A DNA stretch of 64,000 nt from Octopus sinensis (taxonomy: Eukaryota), in NCBI RefSeq assembly GCF_006345805.1, contig NC_043009.1, forward strand, positions 15,686,001 through 15,750,000. The letters are read 5' to 3'. A program made the translations under genes and the position numbers. Positions 40,709 to 53,259 of this stretch are shown one piece after another; within the stretch, counting starts at the first letter, position 1; each line of letters opens with the position of its first letter. Below the pieces are notes generated by a model. The model made no database searches, had not been told where the DNA came from, and worked only from the letters and a program-made list of their open reading frames with translations.

Positions 40709-41135
40709 AGAATACGAAGAAAAAGGAGAAGAAAAAGAAGAAGAAGAAGAACAACAACAACAACAACAACAACAACAAAAACAACAACAACAAAAACAAC
40801 AATATTCTTTTCTGTATTGGCCACAAGGGCAGAACAGAAAATTGTAGAAATTTAATGGTAATAATTATAGTAGTAGAGATAGCCCCCGCAGAAGAAGCAA
40901 TAGGAACACGAACAACAATGACGATGATGATGAGGAGGAGGAGGAGGAGGAGGAGGGGAGAGGGGGAGGATGAGGAGGAGGGGAGAGGGGGGAGGAGGAG
41001 GAGGAGGAGGAGGAGGGGAGAGGGGGAGGAGTGGGAGAGGGGAGGGGGAGGAGGAGGGGAGAGGGAGGAGAGGGGGAGAGGGGAGGAGGAGGGGGGAGAG
41101 GGGGAGGAGGAGGAGGAGGAGAAGGAGGATGACTA
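40627..41135. repeat. Compound (GAA)n/(CAA)n/(GGA)n purine-rich tract
   Basis: Direct inspection. Source of the poly-E/K/R/P ORFs. Confidence 0.95.
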
Positions 41136-41454
41136 AAAGAAAATTGTATTGTGGGTGGAAGGGGAAGTACGGCGGATATAGACAATAAGCCACATGTCAC
41201 AAGTGAGAGGTGTGATAATGAAACTAAGCAGAACTTTACTTAGTGAACCTAGACATGCCAATGCATAAAAGAAAAATAGTTAATAGGAGTTGAAGCGCCC
41301 CCCCCCCACTCAAAAAAAAATATTGGAAGAGACTGAAGTATGGCATAAAAGTATTTGTCAACATGTTAGTTTTGAGCGAACATGGAGTTGCTGATGACGT
41401 AGAGTAAATTAAGATTACAATTATAATCGGCCTAATAACACTAGAATAGGGCCA

Positions 41455-41531
<77 letters not shown>

Positions 41532-41804
41532 AGAAGCAATTAGGAGTAAAGTATCAAAAGTAAAGACTAAATACTTAATACTTGGGGGAACAAAATATTA
41601 GAAATCATTGTAAAGACATTAATTCTTAATAGCGTTCTCTTCTTTGGCATTGACAGGTGTCAAAATTTGTTCAGTCTATTTACAATTTTACCTTTATTCA
41701 TATTTTATTTCCTTCCAACAGAATCAAAACACAAAACCTGGCAAATGCACACTGTAAGTGCATTTGATGCAGGTCTGAAGAAATGGCACACATACTCTCT
41801 CTCT

Positions 41805-41862
<58 letters not shown>

Positions 41863-41951
41863 ATATATGTGTGTGTGAGAATTTGTGTGTATGTGTGTTA
41901 TTTGTGCGTGTGTGTGTGTAAGTGATGTCTACCGTCTCTTAAATATGACTG

Positions 41952-42321
41952 TTCCATAGGAACCGACGTTACTGCTGTTTTCAACTTCAAGAGAAGGCCT
42001 TCAGCTGGTTATTCGAGGCAAACTTCACCCGACATATATCGCAAGCAGGGGAGTGAACCCCTCTCTTCTTCTAGCCACGAGACCACCAGATCGTACGGTT
42101 TCGACCTCTATGATCACCGTCAGTGGTCGATACTGGCCCGTTAGAGATAAGAGTTTACACCAACGACACAACCACTGATCTTGCGACAAGCAAATTAGCT
42201 AATTAGAAAGTATCTATAAGATATGAGAGCATTAACTGTACTGAGAAGTAAAGTCTATTGGCACTTAAACATGGTTTTTCCGTAGGAACCGACATTACTG
42301 CTATTTTAAACTCCAGGAGAA
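41952..42321 (-). mobile_element. Older retrozyme-like partial tandem unit (326-nt period) with degenerate hammerhead at 42085-42128
   Basis: 44-nt direct repeat (6 mismatches) at 41952-41995 and 42278-42321. Minus strand: acca-CTGACGG-t-gatc(ataga)ggtc-GAAAC-cgtacg-ATC-tggt (A9>G, G16.2>A). Confidence 0.6.
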
Positions 42322-43377
42322 TGTCGCATCTCTTATACAGATTTTCTGATTAGGCTATCTGCTCGTTGCAAGATTATTGACTGTGTGTCGCTTGGTTTTC
42401 TATATATTGCGAAGTGGAGAAAGCTACTGCTATATACATAAACAGGTGAACAATAAGCTCCGTATGGATTTAACTACGACCAGCTGCGCTCTAACTGAAC
42501 CATTCCTTGTTCTCTATATATCAACAAACGTATCCAAAATGTCTTCCATAATTCGAGACACTTGAACTTTATTTGATGGAATTTTGTCGATATTTCTATT
42601 TGACGGGACAATCAAGTGGAAGATATTTTCCCGGTTATATACATTGCTTTTCTTGTTAGATGATTCAAATAAATTATAATGACCTCATCAATTTCAGTGG
42701 CAGTAACTGATCGATAAGGGGCAACCGACAGGTACCGTTATATAAATATATAACACGTTTCCTTTGAAAGTATTCATCATCTAAATCATCACATTCGCCT
42801 AGGGTAGTCGAGAAATTTTAGTCATCCAGAATATTTCATATAAAATGTTCATAATACCCTTATGCTCGCATTTGCTTTACCTTATACATTTTGCCAATAT
42901 ATCAATTTCCACTCACCAAGATATACAGGATCATGTTTTTTCCTTTGAATCTCCAAATATTATTCAATAGATTTTATTATAGAGTATCGGCTTAATTCCA
43001 CCAGAAAAAAAAAAAACAGGTATTTTTTTTCCATTCTCAAGAATCACTATATTCCTTCCTCTCTTTCGCAGAATTTAGGGAAGGTACTCAGCTGTAGTGA
43101 AAGATAACGGGCTTAACGTGCTCCTATAAGAAAACGCACAGAAGCAAATTTATATCAAAGCAGCAGAGAATCGGAAAGTAGAGCTTATCAAGTAATTTGA
43201 CCTTTAATTAGCATTGACAAGAATGACAGCTTTTGAAATTAAACTGTTTGTCAGGAAGAAGATTGTCGGAAGTAGTTAAAACAGTAGATACGAACAAACG
43301 CGTGTTTGTACCTGTGAAACTATGATTAGAATACTTAGCATCTATCATAAAACCCGCGCACACACATACACACACAC

Positions 43378-43461
<84 letters not shown>

Positions 43462-43886
43462 GGTATGGAAATAGATATGCGGATAAACAGATAGATACAG
43501 AGATAAGTAGATAGACAGGTACATACGTAATACGGAGAGACAAGTGCACACACACATATATATACACATACACACTCAGACACGAACCCACATACACACA
43601 ATAGAAACCTATGACCATGTACACAGGACAATATACACACAAATACTTCACATACACGCACACAGACAAATACACATATTGGGACACACATCCGTATATA
43701 AAAGACGCACCTACATAGAAACACAAACTCATACACATAGGCACACTCAAATACGCACACACAACGAAACAGAGATAAGCACAAATATACACACACATTC
43801 AGATATACACAGAAACACAAGCAAGTCCGTACGCATGCACATAAACGTATGAATATGAAGAATACATACATACATAAACAAAATTC

Positions 43887-44230
43887 CAGGACTGGTTCTG
43901 TGGTAAGTAGCTTGCTTACTAACAACATAGCTCCTGGTTCAGTCCTACTGCGTGGCACCTTGGGCAAGTGTCTTCTGCTTTAGCCTCGGGCCGTCCAAAG
44001 CCTTGAGCGTAGATTTGGTAAACAGAAACTGAAAGAACCCCGTCGTATATATGTCTGAGTGGTGTATGTCTGTGTTTGTTCCCCAAACCATTGATGTTTG
44101 TGTGTTTACGTCCCCGTAACTTAGTGGTTCGGCAAAACAAACCGATGGAATAAGTACTAGGCTTACAAAGAATAGTCCTGGGGGTGATTGTATGGCCGCA
44201 GTCAAATGACTGAAGTAAATAAAAGATAAA
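43887..44230 (+). mobile_element. tRNA-derived SINE family A (internal deletion)
   Basis: ggttctgtggtaagtagcttgcttac..ggttcagtcctactgcgtggcaccttgggcaagtg..tggccgcagtcaaatgactgaag. Confidence 0.9.
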
Positions 44231-44410
44231 ACAATACATAGATACATACGTACACACATACATACATATGTGCATACAAATGTACACAGGCACGCTGGCA
44301 CACACACACATGCGCGCAAAACACAAAGAAGGAACGCAGTTCCGATAACAGACAGAACTAACATCTACTGAGAAATTTGCAAAATCAACGAAAATTTTGT
44401 AAAAGCAAAA

Positions 44411-44467
<57 letters not shown>

Positions 44468-44571
44468 AATGAGTGGATATTGTCCTGTGAGTGTGTTAGA
44501 TATTAAGGCATTAAGCCAATATAAATCTCCCCAGACACAACAATATATATATATATATATATAATATATAT

Positions 44572-45331
44572 ATTATATAAAAGGGCTTAGTAAAATAAAT
44601 TACTTTGCCGCATACTGAACTCATTAGAAATAGTAGCTAAAAAAACTTTTTTAAAACTATTTCTAATACTTAAAGAAAACCTCTCTCATATAGTGTTTGC
44701 TCAATTCAACTCACGAAAGTATGGGGGTAAAGACATTAAAAAATCAAATGCAAAGGTTATTTGAGAACGTACGTTTCAAGATTAGTCAACTCGACATTTC
44801 TATCATCAGCTCAGAACTCCTTGGTTTGGATTTGAAAACACTGAAAGTGGGAGCATACCCTTTCGGCTTCTTATCGCTTCTGAAGATCTGCTCGAAACTA
44901 ACAGTGCCAGCAAACTCAAATATGCAAGCGAAGAATTTCTGCTCTCCCCTTTCCACCAGCGTGGGTTAAAATCAGTAAACACTATGCTTTTTCGGTAAAA
45001 TCCGAGGCATTAAATAGAGAGAGATGAATTATAATTTCAACAATTGAGGGTAAAATTAATTAATTATTAATCAATTTTACCAAGTATTCAGTATGCAAAG
45101 GGACCATTTAAGGCGAATTCAAATTATTACATTATATAAAAGGGCTTAGTAAAATAAATTACTTTGCCGCATACTGAACTCATTAGAAATAGTAGCTAAA
45201 AAAACTTTTTTAAAACTATTTCTAATACTTAAAGAAAACCTCTCTCATATAGCGTTTGCTCAATTCAACTCACGAAAGTATGGGGTTAAAGACATTAAAA
45301 AATCAAATGCAAAGGTTATTTGAGAACGTAC
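44572..45331 (-). mobile_element. Young retrozyme-like partial tandem (559-nt unit + 201-nt repeat)
   Basis: 44572-44772 is repeated at 45131-45331 with only 2 substitutions. One hammerhead per unit on the minus strand, no meaningful ORF, and microsatellite flanks. Confidence 0.8.
44762..44813 (-). ncRNA. Type I hammerhead ribozyme (intact core, GUU site)
   Basis: Minus strand: tgag-CTGATGA-t-aga-aat-gtc(gagtt)gac-taa-tct-t-GAAAC-gtac-GTT-ctca. Helix I 4 bp, helix II with an internal loop, palindromic helix III acgtacgt. Predicted cleavage between 44766 and 44765. Confidence 0.75.
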
Positions 45332-45334
45332 ACG

Positions 45335-45373
<39 letters not shown>

Positions 45374-45663
45374 AAAGGGTAACTTTAATCAATTATTTAA
45401 TTAGCCAATTAATTAATTAATAATTAATAATTTTACCAAGTAGTCTGGTACGTTAAAATAACCTTTTTAGGTAAAATTATACAAATATTCTATAATTATA
45501 AATGTAATTAAATTCTGGAGTCAGCTAATTGCTTCGCCACACACCGAATTTGGAAACAGGAGATAGAATGACTTTTCTACTACCATAAAGATCTCCCGGA
45601 CAGTAACACACTTTTTTACGTAGGCAAAAAGAAAAAGTAACGAATCCACACTAATCAGATTAA

Positions 45664-45728
45664 CTATATACGCGTTTCGAGATTAAGGTGAATTATATTT
45701 ACTTACTTCATTCTCATCTTCAGTGCAG
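45664..45728 (-). ncRNA. Type I hammerhead ribozyme (intact core, GUA site)
   Basis: Minus strand: ctgca-CTGAAGA-t-gaga(..tgaa..ttca..)tctc-GAAAC-gc-GTA-tatag. Palindromic helix III acgcgt, helix I 4/5 pairs, and one extra U after A9 as in PLE-type hammerheads. Predicted cleavage between 45669 and 45668. Confidence 0.75.
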
Positions 45729-46137
45729 CATTTCGAAATATAAATTTGCGAGTGTTAGGATTAAATATGTACGAGATCAAGCGTCATTGCATAACCGATA
45801 GTCAACCAATTCTTCTCAAAACATACAACCGAATGTGAAAACGTATTTTTCCTTTGGAATAAGATGCAGAGGGTATTGGTAGCAAACAGAGAGAAGTTCC
45901 CATTTTGGTAGTAGACCCATTTTTCATCACCGATCACCTATCTGTCCACCGAGAATGAAGAGAAGAGCTGAAGTCCACTCGGTATTTGCGGTGGCCTTCA
46001 AACACTTCATGAGGCACCCATTTGCGAGTTTGGGGGCCTTCCCAAAGTCTTGAAGATGTCAATGAACAGTTGTATGACATGAACGAAGCTTGATTGCCAA
46101 TTATTCAACTGAAACAGCGTGATCTTTTCAAGTTCTT

Positions 46138-46187
<50 letters not shown>

Positions 46188-46207
46188 GCATACATACATA
46201 CATACAT

Positions 46208-46255
<48 letters not shown>

Positions 46256-47399
46256 GCAATAATATATCTCTGAGCGAGACGTAAACAGTAGCAGCACGGA
46301 ATCGTGAAATTTTTTTTCCTCCTAAATGAGGCGGACCCATAGGGGACGATGCTACTGTCATTTATAGCCCCAAGAAGACATCTCCTCCAGATAGCTAACG
46401 ACATACTGTCTGTGTCCGATTAGTATTTGGAAGGGGAGGTAATCCCACCTATCTCTAGCCTTGCGTGAGATACACAGACCCGGATTTCTGGGTAGTTTCC
46501 CGTCTTCATTCTGTGATAATCACCAGCTAGTGATGAAAACTCATTTCACTCGCAAAATACTATATGATTTTCCAGCGATAAACTGTCGCTAATCTCGAAA
46601 AAGAAGATCATACATACATGTCTATGTATATAAGCGAAATATTTCTGTTGCATCGTATCAGTTTACGTTACACGACTCTTTCTATAGTCTAAATAGAAAT
46701 TTCAACATCCATATAATTACATAATTAATCTATAAACTATACATTATTAATTTGAACGATCTCAATGGACATTTTTATCAGGAAAAGAAACTTGAAATAT
46801 GAAAAGCAAAACACAGTTGCTGTTTTATTTATGACATGGATGAAACGGAAAATTCTATGTGATCTCTCCGGAAATATTTCTTAAATTTCTTCTGTTTCAG
46901 ATTAAATACACAACCACACATTGTAATCGTAAGTATATTCATTCAGAAAATCCCCGCAGAACGTTCACCATTCTATTAGGATAGTTATCAAAAGATGCAC
47001 ATATTTTGTAATTGCATACATAATTATCGTCATTGTCGTTCATAATTCTCATCCAAATCGAAATTACTGCCAGACTTTTAAATGCAGGTGCGTTCTACTG
47101 ACCCAGTTTTTGCTGACATACATACTGTACATTGTTCTACATAAAATATAAATTGTATGTTAGACAGGAACCACTGAAATTATTTTCTCATTCATCTGAA
47201 CGCCAAACTTATCTCTACAAATCACGTTTGCACGATGTATCAGATCATCCCATAAGTAATGTCCGGATTTTAAATAAAGAAACAAAGCGATCGAATCTTA
47301 CATTTTAATGAACTTAATTATCAATATAGTCTCCATGATTTTCTATGACGTCTTTTCAGCTACTCTTAAGCTTTTTAATCTCATTAGTGAAATACTATA

Positions 47400-47435
<36 letters not shown>

Positions 47436-47495
47436 TGTATGTATGTATGTATGTATGTATGTATGTATGTATATATATGTATATATATATATATA

Positions 47496-49091
47496 CAGTG
47501 GCGGCCAAAACATTCAGAACGGCATTGTTTTCGTCAGAAAAGTAGATATAATTTTTTATCAAAGTTGTTTTGTATTCTATAATTTTCACAGACAATAAAT
47601 ACAATATTAGTTGTTATTGCCTGAGATTTTGGTGTAATTTGAGAGGATGATACAAAAGTTATGGATAATTTAGTGATTTACTGCAAAGCCCATGGCGGCC
47701 AAAATTATCAGAACGGTTATTTTTACTCCGTGTTTTAGTATATTTAACCGGCGAACTCTAATGTTTTGAATTTGTTTACGTGACGGTTCGTTTACTAAAC
47801 ATTAGTAAGAATATTTGCAGTGTACTTTGTTAATATAATGACACTTATTCCGTTACCAATTCGTCAGCAGATTATTAAGCTTCGAAGGAAGGATAATTTA
47901 AGTATTGGATCTATTGCAAAGATTGTTAACAAGTCAAAAAGTGTTGTACACGGTATTCTTAAGGTCTACGATGATTGTGGTTCGTGTGAAGCAAGAAAGT
48001 TTACGGGTAGGCCAAGAAAAACGAGCAACAGAGAAGATCGTGCTATGGTAAAGTTGGTTAAAAAGGACAGATTTAAGACTGCTGCTGCTGTTTCTTGGAA
48101 AATGAGCATTGTATTAAAGAAAACTTTATCTCGAAAAACTGTGTCTCGTCGTTTAGTTGAACATGACCTACAAGTAAGAGCACCTGCAGTGAAGCCACTG
48201 ATCAGCTCCAAGAATAAAAAGCGTCGTCTTACCTTTGCAACCGAACATGTGTTGTGGTCTCAGGAAAAAATGGCAAACGGTGCATTTCAGTGATGAATCT
48301 AAGTTTATGTTATTTGGCTCAGATGGGAAAAGGTACGTTTGTAGAAAAGTAGGTGAAAATTCGGTGGAGGAAGTATCATGGTTTGGGGGATGATATCTGG
48401 AGATGGTGTGGGCCCTTTGTTGCGATTACATGGAAAGGTAAATGCAGGAGTTTATAAACAACTTGTAAAAGACCATGTCTTGTCTGTGCTGAGAAATTCA
48501 ACTAAGCGACCACCCATATTCATGCAGGACAATGCCCCATGTCACAAGGCTAAGGTGGTCATGAACTTCCTCAAGGCTGAAAAGGTTATTGTTATGGATT
48601 GGCCTGCTCAAAGCGCAGATCTTAATCCTATTGAAAATGTATGGAATATTCTAGGAAAACGTTCGAAAGACAGAAATCCTAAAACAACTGAGCAATTATG
48701 GAATGCCCTTCAGGAAGAATGGAATAAGATCACCCAGCAAGAAATTAAAAATTTAATTTCCTCATGCAGTCGAAGATGTCAGAGTGTGGTTGAAGCTAAA
48801 GGGCTTCACACTAAATATTAAATAATTCCAGTATTCTCTGTCATTTTTGATTATTTTGTTATTTTTTCAACCATTCTGATAATTTTGGCCGCCATGGGTT
48901 TTGCAGTATATCACTAAATCATCCATAACTTTTGTATTATCCTCTGAAATTACACCAAAATCTCAGACAATAACAATTAATATTGTATTTATTGTCTGTG
49001 AAAATTATAGAATATAAAACTACTTTAATAAAAACTTATACTTACTTTTCTGACGAAAACGATGCCGTTCTGAACATTTTGGCCGCAACTG
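47496..49091 (+). mobile_element. Tc1 DNA transposon, full length, IR/DR-type TIRs
   Basis: 223-bp TIRs (47496-47718, 48869-49091; ~90% identical). Each has outer and inner copies of ggcggccaaaa....cagaacgg. TA flanks; 1596 bp. Confidence 0.97.
47838..48821 (+). pseudogene. Tc1 transposase (DD34E), disrupted
   Basis: HTH region with GRPRKT, then FSDESKF, MVWG, FMQDNAPCH and WPAQSADLNPIEN with 34 residues between D and E. A +1 frameshift near 48270 and a frameshifting deletion near 48357. Confidence 0.97.
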
Positions 49092-49168
<77 letters not shown>

Positions 49169-52124
49169 CTGTGTGTACGTATGTGTGTGTGTATATGTTA
49201 TAGGAAGATGAATTTAAACAAAATTTGCATACGTTAAACTTCCTACGCGCCTTTCACCGTTATCATGGTTTGGAACACAATAAAGCACCAAACGCATAAA
49301 GATGTTCAGCCGCAGATGTAACCTAATAAAATAATGCTTTACACTGAGGATCCATCGTTGTTGAGCGTGGAACTTCAAGGCAGGGTTCCACGCAACATAA
49401 ATGTGATACGCGCGCAGGAACTTCAAAATAAGACTCCGGTATTTGGTCCTTATTTTACCTATATTTGCTCTGTAGCTCATAACTAATAATACTATTCCGT
49501 ATAAGAAATTACTAACAACGGTACAAAAAGCATCACTGGATTACGATTATCAAGAGTTGAAGTGGTGTATCGTCTTCTTGCGATAATTTCCAGTATATAT
49601 GTAAGAGCGTTTGTGTGTGTCGTGGGGTGCTAACGTGTATGTGAGTGTGTGTATATAAAGTGAGCACTTGTGTATGCATTCAAGTGCAATCTTTGCACGC
49701 ATATCTAATAGTATTGTCTTTATATGTTGTTGCATTATATCTGTTACAAATATGCTACCGGTAAATACACTAGAAGAATCGATTAACATTGACTATATAT
49801 ATATATATATATATATAAATACACAGGCACACTTTAACGCACATCCACTCCACACACTTACACATACGGACACGTACACACACATACACGCGCATACACA
49901 AACGGACACGCATGTACGCACTTACATTAAAACAATCGCTTTACACAACTCTCATTTCTACTCGACTGAATATTGTTTGTCTTTTTCAAAGATACTCTCT
50001 GACACTAAGCACTATTTAGTGTGAACCTGTATTTCTGTAAAATGTTAAATCTCTGTATATTATCAATACTAAAACTTCCTTATCACCCATCAATCAATTT
50101 TTGATATCATCCATTCTCATTAAAATTACAAACACGAAATATACAATATCAGTTGCTACCGTCTTATATTAAGATCTTAACACCTTCACTCTGATATCCA
50201 ACGCATTGAATAAACTGTCCATAATTAAGTCACAATTATAACCAACCAATTGCAGCAAATCAGAAATAAACGTAAAATATCGAGGTATTAACCGAGTTCG
50301 TTGCCGGTTCAAAATTTTCGTGCTTGCTACAACAAAAACATCTTTGTGGACTGAAATCTTGAATGTGTTATTCAATATCCGTTGTTGTTGATGGTGCTAT
50401 TACTATTTGGCTTATATGTAAAATTTCGTCGAGTTCATCAATGACCAAAAGCGTTTCGTCTAAAAGATTTTGTTGGTCACATGTCTAAATTGTGTTTGCT
50501 TCAATAAAGTTCCAGGTATTCAAATATTGATATGTTTAGTGGTGCGTACCCTACCGGAGGCATTGCATCTTATTAGAAGAGTGAACAGTTGAAACTAGAT
50601 CTAAGTCAACAAAACTATGGTTTAGTACAGAATTACTTTAAACTGCATGAAATGATTTTATTATTTGAAAGTATATAGTCGTTGTAGAAGATTTTTGAAG
50701 ATGTATACAGTACGAAGAAGGGCTTTGGTATCAATTACTCCACTTTATTTATTCAAGATATTATACAGTGCAATTATAATTTACATAATTATATTTTCGT
50801 GCAAGTTTCGATTTGTTGAATGTCAACATATAATGCATTTCATTCAAATTTTGCTTCAGAATTTAATTACACTAACTTTATTCATCACTGAATTAAAGTT
50901 TTTAGACCCCTTCTTAATTATCCAACAACATCATTCAGAAAGTTATCTGATTTTCGCTTTATTCAATTATCCCTAACATACCGCTTCATCCTGCCGATGC
51001 TATGTCGAACTCTCACCCAAATCTAGGTGCACCGTTACTTACAGCTGAAGCAACTGTTAACAAATGACTGTCATTAAGTAACCCTGGTAGTTTGTCATTC
51101 ATTTATGTATACATATATATATATAGTGTGTGTGTGTGTGTGTGTGTTTGTGTGAATGCATGTGCATGTGCGCACTGTTTGTATGTGTAAGTGTCTATTA
51201 TGTATGTATTTATGTCACATATACACATTTAGGTGCACACATATTCAGCACAGTTTCTACCCAACCAATTTCAAAATTGAATTTCATAATTGCGAAGTGG
51301 ATTGCTTCTCTTTGAGATACATTTAGAAATATAGGCAATATTCCATACAAACATTTGTGATAAGATCGATAAATTAACTGAATGCCAATAAAATACCATC
51401 TTAAACATACTGTATGCTTTTAATAATGAATAAATTAATTGTAATTAAATTCTGAAGCAAAATTTGAAGGAAATGCATTATATGTTGACATTCAACAAAT
51501 CGACGCGTTAATGAAAATAATAATGAGTGAAATGACTATTGATATAAAATAACTGAATGTTTGTAGGAAAATATAATTATGTAAATTATAATCTCGATTT
51601 TCAGATTTCATCGAAGATGACTTCATAAATGTGAGTATTGGTATCGTATGCAAACATAATATACACACAAGCGTACACATACATACACACACTCACACAC
51701 ACACACATATGAAAATTTGTAGATATATACTTATACTTACAAATAACAGAGTAAAAGTATAAGCTGGAAAGAAACTGGTATCAGTTCAGGTTATAATATT
51801 TATATATTTAAGCATTGACAAACCATGCAGGGAGAAATGAATATTACAGGATTTCAGGTTACAGGTGATCGATAAAAGTTCATTTAAGTTATGTTCATAA
51901 CGATTGCGGAATATTCTAGAATTCTCCAGAGACACTTATAAGGTAGAACCATTCTATTGGTATTAGATAGGGAGTGATGCTGGTTATTGTAGACAGAATG
52001 AAAAACCGGATGAAAAGAGGGAAGATCTGCAATGAAATCTTAACAGAGACTATGTCTCAAGAATAAATATATAAATGGTCTAACTCTCTGCAAGGAGTCA
52101 GTAGTTATATATATATATATATAT

Positions 52125-52424
52125 GTGGAGGTGCAATGGTCCAATGGTTAGGGCAGCGGACTCGCAGTTGCAGGATCGCGGTTTCGATTCCCACACCGGG
52201 CGTTGTGAGTGTTTATTGAGCGAAAACACCTAAATTCCCCACGATGCTCCGACAGGGGGTGGTGGCGATCCCTGCTGTACTCTTTCGCCACAAATTTCTC
52301 TCACTCTTTCTTCTGTTGGCCTGCTCGCTTAGCCAGCAGGGTGGCGTCATATGAAGGCTGAAACAATGCGAAGCGCATTGTGACCAGCGATGTGTAGCAA
52401 CATGTGATAGCCTGGTCGGTCACG

Positions 52425-52430
<6 letters not shown>
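52125..52430 (+). mobile_element. tRNA-derived SINE family C
   Basis: tggtccaatggttagggcagcggactcgcagttgcaggatcgcggtttcgattcccacacc (A and B boxes in a tRNA-like head), a unique body, and (TA)n flanks. Confidence 0.85.
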
Positions 52431-52484
<54 letters not shown>

Positions 52485-52552
52485 GGTCCCGGGTTGAGTC
52501 GGGGTTAACCACAGTAAATAAGGTACTCAATACATAGCAGAGTAAATTAATT

Positions 52553-52599
52553 CTTCCTGATGATTTCTTTTGAATGAAACAGTTCTAGTCCTGTAGAAG
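52553..52599 (+). ncRNA. Type I hammerhead ribozyme (intact core, true 4-bp helix III, GUA site)
   Basis: cttc-CTGATGA-t-ttc(tttt)gaa-t-GAA-acag(ttctagtc)ctgt-A-gaag. Helix I cttc/gaag, helix III acag/ctgt with an 8-nt loop. Lies in a ~125-bp non-coding fragment (52484-52610) between (TA)n tracts. Predicted cleavage after 52595. Confidence 0.7.
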
Positions 52600-52605
52600 C
52601 TCCTT

Positions 52606-52652
<47 letters not shown>

Positions 52653-52679
52653 ATATGTATATATATATTTATATCAGCG

Positions 52680-53180
52680 CGAACTCACTCTCCCGCGATC
52701 ACTATTTCTAACTCTTCCATCAAATTTCTCGAATTTCTGTCAGACTATACCACTCCGTATTCAGTACAAACCCTCTTACTCACACTCCTACCTTAACTTC
52801 TCCGCTTCTCAGCTTACCAGCACTAAGTTCTCCATCTCCTAATCCCAATTCCTCCGTTACTCAGGCTCTGCAGTGACAGCAATTACTTTCAGACTCAGTT
52901 TCAACTCATGCCTCGCCACTTCATCCTGCCTGGATATCCCCTCACCACTATCCACACTCCCATTGCCAGTGCACAATCCATGGACTGTGCATCTGCTCTT
53001 TTTCCTTGCCCCCACTACGCCGTTGCCCATCTCCCGTTTCCCGTCACCTACCATCCCTCCATCCTGCCCTTCCAACCTACCATTCTCCGAGCCTTCCAGT
53101 GACTTCAGTTCGACCCCTCCACCTCACACATCTTCCCCAACCTACCGCTTCCCTCCATCAAACGATCCCATAACATTGGC
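52680..53180 (+). mobile_element. Decayed PLE fragment (thumb/linker region)
   Basis: YLNFSASQ..FSIS*SQFLR..GYPLTTIHT..FPVTYHP..IFPNLPLPSIKRSHN aligns with 63.3-63.8 kb of the PLE at the window end. Confidence 0.88.
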
Positions 53181-53259
53181 AGGATATCGTTCATATATTG
53201 AGGGCAAATCAGTTCAGTGTGGTGGGAGTTTTATTTAAAACCGAGGCACTGGATATTCA

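Noticed and set aside
44876-44910. Plus-strand CTGAAGA..GAAAC inside the 559-nt unit
   Set aside because: No helix II pairing, G at the cleavage position and no helix I.
49358-49400. 9-bp hairpin gcgtggaac/gttccacgc near CTGAGGA
   Set aside because: No GAAA in register. It is a short stem with no further support.
50443-50478. Hammerhead-like relic on minus strand (gaccaa/ttggtc helix I, tct/aga, GAAACGC)
   Set aside because: The CUGANGA box is replaced by CAAAA, so it is too decayed to call, although it may be an old family member.
52125-52195. tRNA gene
   Set aside because: The tRNA-like head continues into a SINE body with no acceptor stem closure or poly-T terminator, so it is called as a SINE.
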